A model generated the notes under the pieces. That model was not told the origin of the DNA, ran no database searches, and was given only the letters and a program-made list of their open reading frames with translations. From contig JBGTNX010000045.1 of NCBI GenBank assembly GCA_041742825.1, positions 14,465-78,464 on the forward strand: a stretch of 64,000 nt of DNA, read 5' to 3'. The first letter of the stretch is position 1; each line of letters opens with the position of its first letter. A program made the translations under genes and the position numbers. This DNA is from Acidimicrobiia bacterium (GTDB lineage Bacteria; Actinomycetota; Acidimicrobiia; Spongiisociales; ZC4RG35). Positions 50,776 through 60,410 of the stretch are shown here, piece by piece.

Positions 50776-51968
50776 CCGTCGGTTACGAGGTCGAAGATCG
50801 ACCCGTCGTCTTTGTGGGCGAGGATCAGTTTGCTCCGGCCATCGGGGAGAACCTCGGATTTGACGATCGCATGACCGTCATGAGTATCTGCCTTCTTTTC
50901 AATCCTTGGCGTGGTCTCGCCGCGCCACTCGATGTCGACTGGTTCCCACTGTCGCGATTGGACAGACCTGTAGGCGGCATCCATGACCGCGTTCACGATG
51001 TAACCGTCGTAGAAGGTCTCCTGAGGAGAACCCCCCTCATCGATTGCATCAAACATGTCGGTAAACATGTCGGTGTATCCCAGCTCGGAGATCTCGTCGC
51101 CGACCGGGAACAGCCATCCTTCAGTCGACTCGAGCTTCTCGGCGACATACCCCCCACCTCCGCCTGAGGAGTACATCTCGAATCCAGTGCGAAGGAAGTG
51201 GTCCAGCCATATCGTGCCTTCGGTACCAGCCACCTCGTCGCGGAGGTCCATTCCGCCGCGGAAGGTCCAACTGACCTCGAACTGGCCAAGGGCCCCGGAT
51301 TCGAACTTGATCAGAGCAACTGCGTTGTCCTCGGCTTTGATCGGGTGGACAAGGGTGTCGGCCCAGCACATCACCTCAACTGGCCGGTTCCCCTTTCCGA
51401 CGAAGTTCCGAATGATTTCGATGCAATGGCACCCGAGGTCGACGATTGCGCCTCCTCCTGCTTGATCCTTGTCCCAGAACCAGGCGCTGTGAGGACCGGG
51501 GTGGGTTTCCCGGGAACGCACCCAGGTGACGTCACCAATGGCACCCTGTTTTACTGAGTTGATCGCCTTGAGGGTCTTCGGCGTGTAGACGAGATCTTCG
51601 AGATACCCCGCGAAAACACCAGCAGATTCAACCTTCTCGAGGATTCGTCTCGCCTCTTCGCCACTGCGGGCAAGTGGTTTGGTACAGAGAACCGCTTTTC
51701 CGGCATCGGCTACCTTGCCGATTACCTCCTCGTGAAGGTGGTTGGGGAGTGCAACTATCACCACGTCGGTATCTGGGTGGTGGATGGCGTCGTCGAGAGA
51801 GGTGGTGTGCACTTCAATGTCCCAGCGTTCAGCGAAAGCTCTACCGCGTTCTTCCGAACGGGAATAGACGACACCGACCCGGTCCCGCGAACGCTGCGAA
51901 TGAAGCGTGGCGGTGTAGAAATCGCCGATCAGCCCGGTTCCGAGCATGGTGATTCTATGAGACTGCAT
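50772..51968 (-). CDS. Gfo/Idh/MocA-family oxidoreductase
   Basis: Start trimmed to [12 protein letters not shown], which follows a GGAGG RBS. Confidence 0.85.
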   Translation of the reverse strand: MQSHRITMLGTGLIGDFYTATLHSQRSRDRVGVVYSRSEERGRAFAERWDIEVHTTSLDDAIHHPDTDVVIVALPNHLHEEVIGKVADAGKAVLCTKPLARSGEEARRILEKVESAGVFAGYLEDLVYTPKTLKAINSVKQGAIGDVTWVRSRETHPGPHSAWFWDKDQAGGGAIVDLGCHCIEIIRNFVGKGNRPVEVMCWADTLVHPIKAEDNAVALIKFESGALGQFEVSWTFRGGMDLRDEVAGTEGTIWLDHFLRTGFEMYSSGGGGGYVAEKLESTEGWLFPVGDEISELGYTDMFTDMFDAIDEGGSPQETFYDGYIVNAVMDAAYRSVQSRQWEPVDIEWRGETTPRIEKKADTHDGHAIVKSEVLPDGRSKLILAHKDDGSIFDLVTDG

Positions 51969-51990
51969 AAGGACCTCCGCGGTGCAAGAT

Positions 51991-52002
51991 ATGTCTATAC
52001 AA
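51991..52002. promoter_or_regulatory. dre-like operator ATGTCTATACAA upstream of minus-strand Gfo/Idh/MocA-nagB operon
   Basis: Shares the extended TGTCTA(T/G)ACAACTTA with the deoC site. Confidence 0.45.
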
Positions 52003-52047
52003 CTTATCACACCCGGCCCGGCACGGACTCCGGGACTACGGGGAGTT

Positions 52048-52893
52048 TTACGTCTTTTCGGACGGGATAGGCAGTGCTGGTCGGGTGTTGGTGAGATCGG
52101 TGTTGAGTTCGATGAAACGGCTCATTGCAATCAGTCCTAACCCGACGGCAATACCTGCAATCGACATCGCGATGAGCACCAGCCGCAGCAGCCACAAGTT
52201 ACGCCCAAGTGTCGACGCAGTTCGATCGATCGTGACGCTGGCTTCGGTCAGGGTGGCGTCGTAGGTTTCGGTGATTCCCTCCAGAGTCTCGAGGTCGGTC
52301 CCCAGTCGGACCAGGGCTAGCGAGAGCGTGTCGGCCTCTTCCGCCAGTCCGGTGGCGGCCGGGACCAGTTCACGCAGCGACTCACTCTGCGTACGCAGGT
52401 CGTCGGGAAGGTCGGCGAGGGCAGTCTCGACGCTTCGCAGCGAATCGTCGAAGGGTTGCTCCGGGGAGTAGCTGACTCCCACGAAGCTGAGTGCGCGGAG
52501 AGCCCCGTCGATTGCCCCGGCCGCCTGGATCGCGGCGGGCATCGTGCTACTGATCGCCTCGAGGTCGGCGGGAAGGTCAGTTTCGAGGAACGTGGCTACC
52601 TCCTCGATGCTTGCAGCCCCGGTGACCGCCGTTGCTGAAACACCGGATACGCCTTCGGCAGCGGCATCGATGCCGATGCGTATCTCCGTCATGGCATCTT
52701 CAGCGAGATCGACTGTGTCGACGATTGCGCCAATCGCTTCGCCGGAAACATCGATCGTGGCGTGGATGTCGCGGGCACCTATCTGCACCATCAACAGCCC
52801 GAATACCAGAGCGAAAATGCTGGTACCGGCGGCCACGCATCCAGTCACATACATAGTGCGTCCGACGCGCGTCGGACTCCAGGTTCTCATCAT
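52048..52893 (-). CDS. Membrane protein with N- and C-terminal TM helices flanking Ala-rich helical domain
   Basis: Hypothetical. Lies adjacent to the ABC-2 exporter. Confidence 0.5.
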   Translation of the reverse strand: MMRTWSPTRVGRTMYVTGCVAAGTSIFALVFGLLMVQIGARDIHATIDVSGEAIGAIVDTVDLAEDAMTEIRIGIDAAAEGVSGVSATAVTGAASIEEVATFLETDLPADLEAISSTMPAAIQAAGAIDGALRALSFVGVSYSPEQPFDDSLRSVETALADLPDDLRTQSESLRELVPAATGLAEEADTLSLALVRLGTDLETLEGITETYDATLTEASVTIDRTASTLGRNLWLLRLVLIAMSIAGIAVGLGLIAMSRFIELNTDLTNTRPALPIPSEKT

Positions 52894-52967
52894 GAGTCAG
52901 TCGCGTACCCGTCCTACCTTGGGCGCAAACGTTTGGGTCCGGGTCGGGCCGGGTAATCGGATCGGCC

Positions 52968-53999
52968 ATGGACACTCCCCAGAGCCCTATTCGCGCGCAA
53001 GAACCCCAACCGAGGGCGATTCAACAGAGGGCGATTCGCGCCCAAGAACTTACGAAGAGCTTCAACGGCAGTGCCGGTGTCTTCGACATCGACCTCGAAG
53101 TCGAGTCAGGGACCATCCTCGGCCTGATCGGGCCGAGCGGGTCCGGCAAGACAACCACCGTCCGTCTCCTCACCGGCTTGCTCAACCCTTCGTCGGGGAC
53201 CGCCGAAGTGTTCGGGGAGCGTCCGGTGAACTTCAAAAGGGAGACCAGGGCGCGTCTCGGTTACATGCCCCAGGACTCGGTCCTCTACCCGGCGCTCACC
53301 TTGCGACAGAATCTCGATTTCGCCGGCTCGCTATTCGGCATGCGTCGCAAAGCGAGAGAGGAGCGAATCAACGAGTTGATCGACTTCCTAGAACTAGAAG
53401 GTGCGGCAGAACGTCTGCCGACGGCGTCTTCGGGTGGGGAGAAACGGCGGATCGCCCTCGCCTCGACCCTGATCCACAACCCCGAACTCGTCTTCCTCGA
53501 CGAGCCGACAGCAGGGCTCGACCCTGTCCTGCGCAGAAAGTTGTGGGACCGGTTCGACTACCTCGCCAAGTCGGGAAGAACGCTGGTCGTGACCACGCAG
53601 TACGTTGGGGAGGCGGCCTATTGCGACAGTGTCGCGGTACTCGCCAACGGACGGGTCCTCACCGTCGACACCCCACAAGGGTTGAGACGACGAGCGTTTG
53701 GCGGCCAACCGGTCGATGTGACTTTCGTGGCGCCGATCGCCCCTCCGGCTCTGGAATTCCTGAAGAAGCTGACGTTGGGCGAAGCTCCGAAGCTGATCGA
53801 TGATCACAGCGTGCGGGTCGTTGTGGATGACCCCGGAACAGCCATCCCGCAGATCCTCGAATGGGGCTCGGGCAACGGTGTCGAGATCGAGCGCGCAGAG
53901 ACCTTCACCCCACCGTTCGACGACATCTTCGTCGAACTGGTGGAACAACTCTCTGGCAACCATGAAGCTGCCCCGGACGATCTCCAAGAGGTGGTGTAA
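52968..53999 (+). CDS. ABC transporter ATP-binding protein
   Basis: GPSGSGKTT Walker A, SSGGEKRRIALA signature. Confidence 0.85.
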   Translation: MDTPQSPIRAQEPQPRAIQQRAIRAQELTKSFNGSAGVFDIDLEVESGTILGLIGPSGSGKTTTVRLLTGLLNPSSGTAEVFGERPVNFKRETRARLGYMPQDSVLYPALTLRQNLDFAGSLFGMRRKAREERINELIDFLELEGAAERLPTASSGGEKRRIALASTLIHNPELVFLDEPTAGLDPVLRRKLWDRFDYLAKSGRTLVVTTQYVGEAAYCDSVAVLANGRVLTVDTPQGLRRRAFGGQPVDVTFVAPIAPPALEFLKKLTLGEAPKLIDDHSVRVVVDDPGTAIPQILEWGSGNGVEIERAETFTPPFDDIFVELVEQLSGNHEAAPDDLQEVV

Positions 54000-55499
54000 G
54001 TGTCCATTAAGCAGGGCTTCTACGCCAATTTGATCCGCACTGCCGGTTTCGTTCGCAAAGAGGTGAGGTCGGTCTGGCGACAGCCGAGGCTGATTCTCTC
54101 GCTTGTCGTCGGTCCGTTTCTGATCCTCCTCCTCTTCGGATTCGGGTATACCGAGCAGACCGATCCGTTCCGGACCTTGCTCGTTCTCGAGAGTGACGAC
54201 GCCGGTCTGGCAACCGATATCGAAGAGCTTGGCGACGCCTTTGGCTCCAGTATCGATCTGGTAGGTACGACCACCGATCCGGCGGATGGTTTCGACCGTT
54301 TGAAACGCAAGGAGGTCGACCTCCTGATCATCGCTCCGACTGGTGCCCTGGAGACAATCGAAAGCGGTGAGCAAGCCGAGTTCAGTGTGGTGCACGAGGA
54401 AGTCGACCCGATCATCCGGCAAAGCATCGGCCTCCTCGCCACTCTCTCGGTCGATGAGGTGAACCGCCAGGTGTTAGCCGCGATCGTGGCCGAGGCGCAG
54501 GAAGGCTCAGAGGCGGTCGAAGCACCGGCATCGGGACTCAGTGCGAGCGCCGGGAACCTTGTCGCAGCGCTGGAGTTCGACGACGACCAGGCTGCACGCG
54601 ACGTTCGGGCCGACCTCCGAGAACAGCTCGCATCACTCGAGGGGAGTACTTCAGATGCCCTACTGGGAAGGGTTGCCGAAACCCTCGGCATTGCGGCGGG
54701 AGGGATCATCGGCGAAGTGCTCTTCGATCTGGACTCAGCCGACCCCGACAATGCAGATGCTTTGGAGTCAGCGCGCTCTGCCGAGGCCCTGCTCATCGAA
54801 TTCGAGGCCCAACTCGAACAAGCTCAAGACTTGGATCCACAGCTTCTGGTCAGCCCGTTCGATGTGAACGTCAAGACACTGAGTGCCTTTCCTTCCGAAC
54901 CTGCTGTCTTCTACTCCCCCGGAGTTCTGATGCTGCTGGTCCAGCATCTAGCGGTCACATTTGCTGCGCTTTCACTTGTCCGGGAGCGGCAGCTGGGAGT
55001 CACAGAGGTGTTCCGGGTTTCCCCTCTGTCGATCTCAGAGTTTCTAGCGGGCAAGTACATCGCATTCGTGTTGATCGTCGGCACAGTCTCGCTTGCCCTC
55101 ACCGGACTGATGGTTGCATTCGGAGTGCCGATCGGGGGAGCGGGTTGGCTGTACCCGGTAACCGTGATGCTGGTGCTGTTGGCCTCGCTCGGGTTGGGGT
55201 TTGTGATATCCGCTGCATCCCAAACCGATAGCCAGGCGATCCAGTACGCGATGCTGGTGCTTTTGGTATCGATATTCTTCACCGGGTTCATCATCCCGTT
55301 GGATCGGTTGCTTCCCCCGGTCCAGGTCGTCTCGTTCCTGCTGCCGGCGACCTTCGGTATCACCGCGGTGCACGACATCGTCTTCCGTGGGGCGGTTCCC
55401 GATCCCGAGATCCTCGCTGGCCTGGCTGGCTATGTGGTGGTGATGAGCGTCCTTGCCTGGTTCTTCGCCAGGAGGGACGTGATGTCGGCTGCAGACTGA
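54000..55499 (+). CDS. ABC-2-type permease with large extracellular loop
   Basis: N-terminal TM, an extracytoplasmic domain of about 280 aa, and a C-terminal 5-TM bundle. Confidence 0.75.
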   Translation: MSIKQGFYANLIRTAGFVRKEVRSVWRQPRLILSLVVGPFLILLLFGFGYTEQTDPFRTLLVLESDDAGLATDIEELGDAFGSSIDLVGTTTDPADGFDRLKRKEVDLLIIAPTGALETIESGEQAEFSVVHEEVDPIIRQSIGLLATLSVDEVNRQVLAAIVAEAQEGSEAVEAPASGLSASAGNLVAALEFDDDQAARDVRADLREQLASLEGSTSDALLGRVAETLGIAAGGIIGEVLFDLDSADPDNADALESARSAEALLIEFEAQLEQAQDLDPQLLVSPFDVNVKTLSAFPSEPAVFYSPGVLMLLVQHLAVTFAALSLVRERQLGVTEVFRVSPLSISEFLAGKYIAFVLIVGTVSLALTGLMVAFGVPIGGAGWLYPVTVMLVLLASLGLGFVISAASQTDSQAIQYAMLVLLVSIFFTGFIIPLDRLLPPVQVVSFLLPATFGITAVHDIVFRGAVPDPEILAGLAGYVVVMSVLAWFFARRDVMSAAD

Positions 55500-55631
55500 C
55501 TCTGGCATCGTCCGGTTCCTTCCTGTCAAACCCGGTGAAGTGACGAGGGCCTCCGTTTAGCCAGAGCGGACTTCGGGAAAGCTCTACCCGGTGCCGAGCG
55601 GCACCCACTCGAACCTATCAAAGGAAATGAA

Positions 55632-56063
55632 ATGAAAAATAGAAGTGTGCTGATTCTGGCACTCACCGGGTTGTTGTTCCTCGCAGCGTGCGGCGAAACG
55701 GACCTGACGGCGACAACAGCGGATGCCGGGACTGTTACGACCGGGGACCCGGCTGGTGACGACGGGTCAGATGAAATTGCTTCAACTGTGGCCGAGGTCC
55801 AGGCCGAGATCAACGAGCTCACCACAGAAGTTCAGAACTCCGCCGCCGCCGCTGAGCTGGAGGCGGCGTGGAACACACTGCAGGCCGACCTCGTGGCAGC
55901 TGTCGCAGCCATTGGCGACGACGGCACCATCGACGGTTCAGCTGTGCAGGAGAAGGTCGATGCCTTCCAGACCAAACTCGATTCCCTCGGGGATGACGTG
56001 GAACCCGCTCTGATGGATGCATGGGAGACCCTACGCCACCGGCTGCAAGACTTGATGTCGTAG
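55632..56063 (+). CDS. Small helical lipoprotein
   Basis: Lipobox LAAC. Ala/Glu/Asp-rich. Confidence 0.6.
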   Translation: MKNRSVLILALTGLLFLAACGETDLTATTADAGTVTTGDPAGDDGSDEIASTVAEVQAEINELTTEVQNSAAAAELEAAWNTLQADLVAAVAAIGDDGTIDGSAVQEKVDAFQTKLDSLGDDVEPALMDAWETLRHRLQDLMS

Positions 56064-56078
56064 ACCAGCTCTGTAAGC

Positions 56079-56108
56079 CGCAAGGGGACCGTGATCACGG
56101 TCCCCTTG
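56079..56108. terminator. 30-bp perfect palindrome GCAAGGGGACCGTGA|TCACGGTCCCCTTGC
   Basis: Lies 16 bp after the lipoprotein stop. No U-tract. Confidence 0.6.
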
Positions 56109-56249
56109 CGCCAAGATTCGAGCGGCAAAGAGCTATGGAGCGGTCAACCAGAGTTAAATGGTCGTATTGAGGCTTTACATCACCCGGTGGACTGGGCCCG
56201 GCTCTTGCAATCTTCGGTATTCATTGGGTCTGCATAGGTCTGCCGGGCT

Positions 56250-57068
56250 GTGGGGTCGCTCTTGAAGTTTTATCGGATCACCCGTCTCGGTCGACCCTTC
56301 GACCTGAGTAAAACGTCCAATCGGATCAGTCTCATCGGCCCTGCCGTGATCGGTGTCGGGTCCGTGGGTTGGGATTTCGCCACTGGCAATACGGCTGACT
56401 ACCTCGGTGCCCTTTGGGCTTCGATAACTGCATTCCTCGCTTGGGCGATCGCGCGAGAACTCGATCCTGATCGCCCGCACACCGCAACCTTCGCGATGGC
56501 CCTGGCTGCGCTTGCCGCCCTCACCGGGTTCCGGGCGGTGCCTCTGATGGTTTCGGCGGCCGCACTGATCGGGATGCGCGTGCTCGTCGGTTCGGTTGGT
56601 GGCGATCTAAAGCCTCTCGACCTAGTTGTGGTTGTCGGTCTTGCGGTGTTCGCAGGGACCCGCATCGAGGGATGGGTTGTTGTCCTACTTCTCGTCCTCG
56701 GAGTCCTCGACTCGAGGCCCCCCGGCTACGGGTTTGCCCTCCCGGCAATGGTGGTGGGTGCAGGGCTCGGCGCCTACCTCGCAGGCGTGGGGTTGCCAGG
56801 CGGATCGATCTCCGACGAGGTCTATCTCTGGGCACTTGTCACAATCGCCGCGATTCCCCTGGCAGTGCGTCTGACCAAGATTCGCTCTCGAACCGACATC
56901 TTCGATCACCTGATTCGGTGGCCGAACGTGAGGGCGGCCCGGGTGATGGCGGGATTCGTTGTCATCGGGGGCCTCCTCGCCTCAACAGCAAACGACGTGG
57001 TGTTACTCGTCCCGGTCCTGGCCGCATTGGTGGCGACGGCGCTGGCTCGCACTTTCAGACCGGTGTGA
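56250..57068 (+). CDS. Polytopic membrane protein (hypothetical)
   Basis: Six to eight TM helices. No motif recognised. Confidence 0.55.
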   Translation: MGSLLKFYRITRLGRPFDLSKTSNRISLIGPAVIGVGSVGWDFATGNTADYLGALWASITAFLAWAIARELDPDRPHTATFAMALAALAALTGFRAVPLMVSAAALIGMRVLVGSVGGDLKPLDLVVVVGLAVFAGTRIEGWVVVLLLVLGVLDSRPPGYGFALPAMVVGAGLGAYLAGVGLPGGSISDEVYLWALVTIAAIPLAVRLTKIRSRTDIFDHLIRWPNVRAARVMAGFVVIGGLLASTANDVVLLVPVLAALVATALARTFRPV

Positions 57069-57090
57069 GGAGCTGGGGCCGACCGCCCTG

Positions 57091-57426
57091 TTACTCAGTC
57101 AAACCAGCAGGGAGGCGGAACGAGCCGTCCGGCTCTGGAGGGAAAGGCACAACTGCCTTCACAGCCGGCACGGGGATCGGTCCGTAGACGTGTGGGTATC
57201 GTTCTCCGATCTCATAACAGTCCTCTTCGACCACTTCGAGAGCTGCGGAGTCGAAACAGACGAGGACCAGGTCGGTTCGTCCCCTGTCGAGAGAAGTCGC
57301 TGTGCGGGCCACCTGGTGCCGGTAGGAGAAGTGGATGAAACCCTCTTCGGCAAGGCTCGGCGCAACATAGGTGTCAGTCGTCGCCGCCCATATCTCGGCA
57401 GGACACCAGTGATAGATAGTTGCCAT
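57091..57426 (-). CDS. DUF952-family protein
   Basis: MATIYHWCPAEIW...GFIHFS resembles the DUF952 consensus. Confidence 0.7.
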   Translation of the reverse strand: MATIYHWCPAEIWAATTDTYVAPSLAEEGFIHFSYRHQVARTATSLDRGRTDLVLVCFDSAALEVVEEDCYEIGERYPHVYGPIPVPAVKAVVPFPPEPDGSFRLPAGLTE

Positions 57427-57512
57427 CAGCAGATTGTGGCCTCTGGTAGGTGGTTTGGAGCTCCAGTTTCGACCGAAAGGGTGGCGGAAGGAAATCGCGT
57501 AGTCTGTGTCAC

Positions 57513-57911
57513 ATGTTCAACGCAAAGTCCAAGGCAAGAATGGAACAAGAGCCCGTGATCTGGATGACCACCGTCAGGACGGATGGCCAGCCGCAAACCT
57601 CGGTCGTCTGGTTCCTGCTGGAAGACGACGAGATCCTCGTTTACTCGAAGGACGGCACGATCCGAAACCGGAGCGTGGTGTCGAACCCAAAGGTGGCGCT
57701 GAACCTCAACGGTGACCAAGGAGGCGGTTCCGTGGTGACGATGGAAGGAACCGCCCGCATCGATTACGACGCGCCGGCGCCGAAAGACAATGCCCCGTAT
57801 CTGGAGAAGTATTTGAGCCGTATTGAAGGGAACGGCTGGACGCCCGAAATCTTCGGCCGCGACTATCCCGTCCCGATACGGATCAAGATTGAAACGGTGC
57901 GAGCCTGGTAG
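57513..57911 (+). CDS. Pyridoxamine 5'-phosphate oxidase-family (F420-dependent PPOX-class) protein
   Basis: Split-barrel fold (about 132 aa) with PVIWMTTVRTDGQPQTSVVWF. ATG at 57513. Confidence 0.75.
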   Translation: MFNAKSKARMEQEPVIWMTTVRTDGQPQTSVVWFLLEDDEILVYSKDGTIRNRSVVSNPKVALNLNGDQGGGSVVTMEGTARIDYDAPAPKDNAPYLEKYLSRIEGNGWTPEIFGRDYPVPIRIKIETVRAW

Positions 57912-57928
57912 CTTTTTTTCCCACGCGT

Positions 57929-58062
57929 CTCTCCCTTCGCTCGCGGAGGGAGGGTGGGCGTTCTCACCAACCGCACTCGAGCTCCCAGCTCGGGACCTCT
58001 CCTTGTTCCTCCGCCCTCTTTGGTCGGGCGCAAGGACCAACCTCGGCGCAAGCGGGAGGACA
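57929..58062 (+). ncRNA. Structured repeat element copy B
   Basis: See copy A. Hairpin CGAGCT-CCC-AGCTCG preserves the stem through a base change. Confidence 0.4.
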
Positions 58063-58179
58063 GCCGAAAGAGGAGGAGCACCCCGACCGGATGGGGCTTT
58101 CCTTCACCTTGTCGGTACCGCTAGATCCCTGGCGGGCATATGGTTGGAATGAATCAGTTCGATTGAACGAGGAGCAACC

Positions 58180-58416
58180 ATGCCCGATGTAGAAATTCAG
58201 TACTGCGTGCCCTGCGGGCACCTCGATCGGGCCATAGACACCCAACGACACCTGCTCACCGAGTTCGGCCAGGGGCTCGACGGCGTGCGCCTGAAGACCG
58301 GCGAGGGTGGCGTGTTCACAGTGGCAGTCGATGGCGAGAAGATTTTCGATAAGAAAGAAACCCCATACGACCTCGAGGCGATCACCGCCGGCGTTGCCTC
58401 CCGCATCCAGAACTAG
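58180..58416 (+). CDS. SelT/SelW/Rdx-family redox protein
   Basis: N-terminal CxxC (YCVPCG). About 78 aa. GAGGAG RBS. Confidence 0.7.
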   Translation: MPDVEIQYCVPCGHLDRAIDTQRHLLTEFGQGLDGVRLKTGEGGVFTVAVDGEKIFDKKETPYDLEAITAGVASRIQN

Positions 58417-58928
58417 GCGGACCGGGGCGTCGGTCTCTAGCTCAGTCGTTTCGGTATGTCGCCAGGCTCGCTCCCTACCTGATCGAGTTCCCATGGGACG
58501 GCGAGTACCTGTTCGGCCTCGAGATCATAATCGACGGCCTCGAATCCCGACTCGGCTAAAGACGCTGCCCGAGTGCGGGCACCTTCATCCTGGCCTAAGG
58601 AGAATCGATATCTTGGTTGCAGGCTGCGCGTTGGTGAGAACCAGGAGAGAGTGTTCCATCGCAGAGTTACGGTGCTGCTGGTGGCATGGGGGGGTGGCGC
58701 TCGCGGCGTGTGGGGCGCGGATCCGAGTGACCCGGCCGGGTTAACCACTTCGACGGTGGCCCCGGCCGGGGCTCTGGATGACGTCGGGGGCGACGGCGAG
58801 GACGATCAAGGCTCCGCGGTCGATCCCGCCGCTCTGGACACCGAGTTGATTAATGGAGCTCTCGATCCGCGCGTATCAGGGCGGGGATGGAGCGCTCTTG
58901 TGTGTTGAGGGGTAACGGAGACTTGAAG

Positions 58929-59150
58929 AAGGAGAGAACCATGCTGCCTTACGACCAGATAAAGGCAATGAGTGAACAAAGAATCGACGGGTACCGGTCC
59001 GAAGCCGAGTATCACCGGCATGTCGTTCGGCCAAAGTCGCACGATCGGGCACGCAGCCGGCTTCAGTCAGGTCTGAAGCGCTCCGGTTTGAGAAGGATCG
59101 CCCAGATCCTGTCCGGGAGACCGACCCGCCCGCTCCAGCCTGCGATTTAG
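58929..59150 (+). CDS. Small basic hypothetical protein (73 aa)
   Basis: ATG after a GAAGGAGAG RBS. Lower-GC 5' end. No homology recognised. Confidence 0.3.
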   Translation, partial: KERTMLPYDQIKAMSEQRIDGYRSEAEYHRHVVRPKSHDRARSRLQSGLKRSGLRRIAQILSGRPTRPLQPAI

Positions 59151-59162
59151 GTCCCTGTCTGG

Positions 59163-60332
59163 TTAAACGACGAGGCCAGGGGTATCCGCGTATCGGACGT
59201 TGCGGTCTGCCCACCAAAGGAGGCTGCCGTGGGTTTCCATGGGCCGGTGGCTGGCATAGGAGGCGGTCGCGACTGCGGTAGCGAAAGACGAACCGCTCCA
59301 TTTCACCCACTCGGCCCGGGTTCGACCGCTCGGACTCACCACATCGGAGCCGGGGGCGACGTCGGTGATCCAGGCGCGATCCGGGGCGGAGACTGTCCCC
59401 GAACGGGAAGACGTTCGGTCCCATACCACTTGTTCCCCACCCTCTTTGGCCGCAGCTACCGACCTCACGAATTCGAACGCACCCGGGTAGACCTCGAGCG
59501 TGTCTGGGGTGTTTCCTCCTGCGGCGAATATCTCGGCCCGCGGGAACGAGTTCCGCCACAGGTCCAGGGCGACCGCCAGAGTCGCAAAACCCGGGTCGTG
59601 GTCGTCACAGCTCCCACCCAGGGACAAGTTGAGCGCCACGACATCGCACAGGTTCTTTGCCTGGAGTCGGTTGACCAACCGGATCATTGCCTCGAGCACA
59701 TGGAGTTCTGTCGAAGGGTCGGCCGCATCGAGGTGGGATTTATCCAACTTCGGTTCCAGGTCTTTGATACTCCAACGGCGGGCCCTGGCCATGGAGATGG
59801 TGTGTTCGGGGGCGATGCGACGGATGAGGCCGGCAACAAATGTTCCATGGCTGGCCGCATCCTTTCCACTGAGAGTCTCGACGTCGGCGGCGTCGTATTC
59901 GAGGCCCGAGTCGAGCCAGGCAGGGAGGTTCGCGGTGACTCCGGTGTCGATCGCCGCAACGATCCGGCCCGGGCTCGCAGCCGCGATTACAGGTTCAGTC
60001 CTCACCCGGGTCGGCTTGGGATCGGTCCCGGTCATGGCTTGAATGTGATTGAGACTCCCCAGGGCGTGGATTGGCGAGCCCGACACCCCGGCCTCCCGAA
60101 GCCGCCCCGCCCACTCGTGCGGGTCACCCTGGACCCTGTACACGCCGACCAGCTCGTGGATCTGGCTCAGTACCTCGCGATCGGACTCTTTTCCCATCAA
60201 GCGGACCAACTGGGCATCCCCGAAGCGCTCGGCTTGAAGAATTCCTTGTGCCTGATCCGTCTGGTCGCCGCGAATAGCGATCACATTCTTCATGAAATGA
60301 CAAGCGCGGTTTCCCTTTTGTCTGGAGGTCAT
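59163..60332 (-). CDS. S8-family serine peptidase (subtilase), no signal peptide
   Basis: Asp (IAAIDTGV), His (HGTFVAGLI) and Ser (GSSFATAVAT) catalytic motifs are in D-H-S order. The N-terminus is not hydrophobic. Confidence 0.85.
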   Translation of the reverse strand: MTSRQKGNRACHFMKNVIAIRGDQTDQAQGILQAERFGDAQLVRLMGKESDREVLSQIHELVGVYRVQGDPHEWAGRLREAGVSGSPIHALGSLNHIQAMTGTDPKPTRVRTEPVIAAASPGRIVAAIDTGVTANLPAWLDSGLEYDAADVETLSGKDAASHGTFVAGLIRRIAPEHTISMARARRWSIKDLEPKLDKSHLDAADPSTELHVLEAMIRLVNRLQAKNLCDVVALNLSLGGSCDDHDPGFATLAVALDLWRNSFPRAEIFAAGGNTPDTLEVYPGAFEFVRSVAAAKEGGEQVVWDRTSSRSGTVSAPDRAWITDVAPGSDVVSPSGRTRAEWVKWSGSSFATAVATASYASHRPMETHGSLLWWADRNVRYADTPGLVV

Positions 60333-60410
60333 TGGCCGTCCTTACGTAGGATTCGATGAGGGTGTCCGTCCCCCTGCCGTGGGAGTATACGAATCGATGA
60401 AGGTGCCTGC

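Noticed and set aside
58437-58748. 103-aa minus ORF and overlapping 111-aa plus ORF (58573..58908)
   Set aside because: Pro/Arg/Gly-rich low-complexity translations. No start context. Treated as non-coding or decayed.
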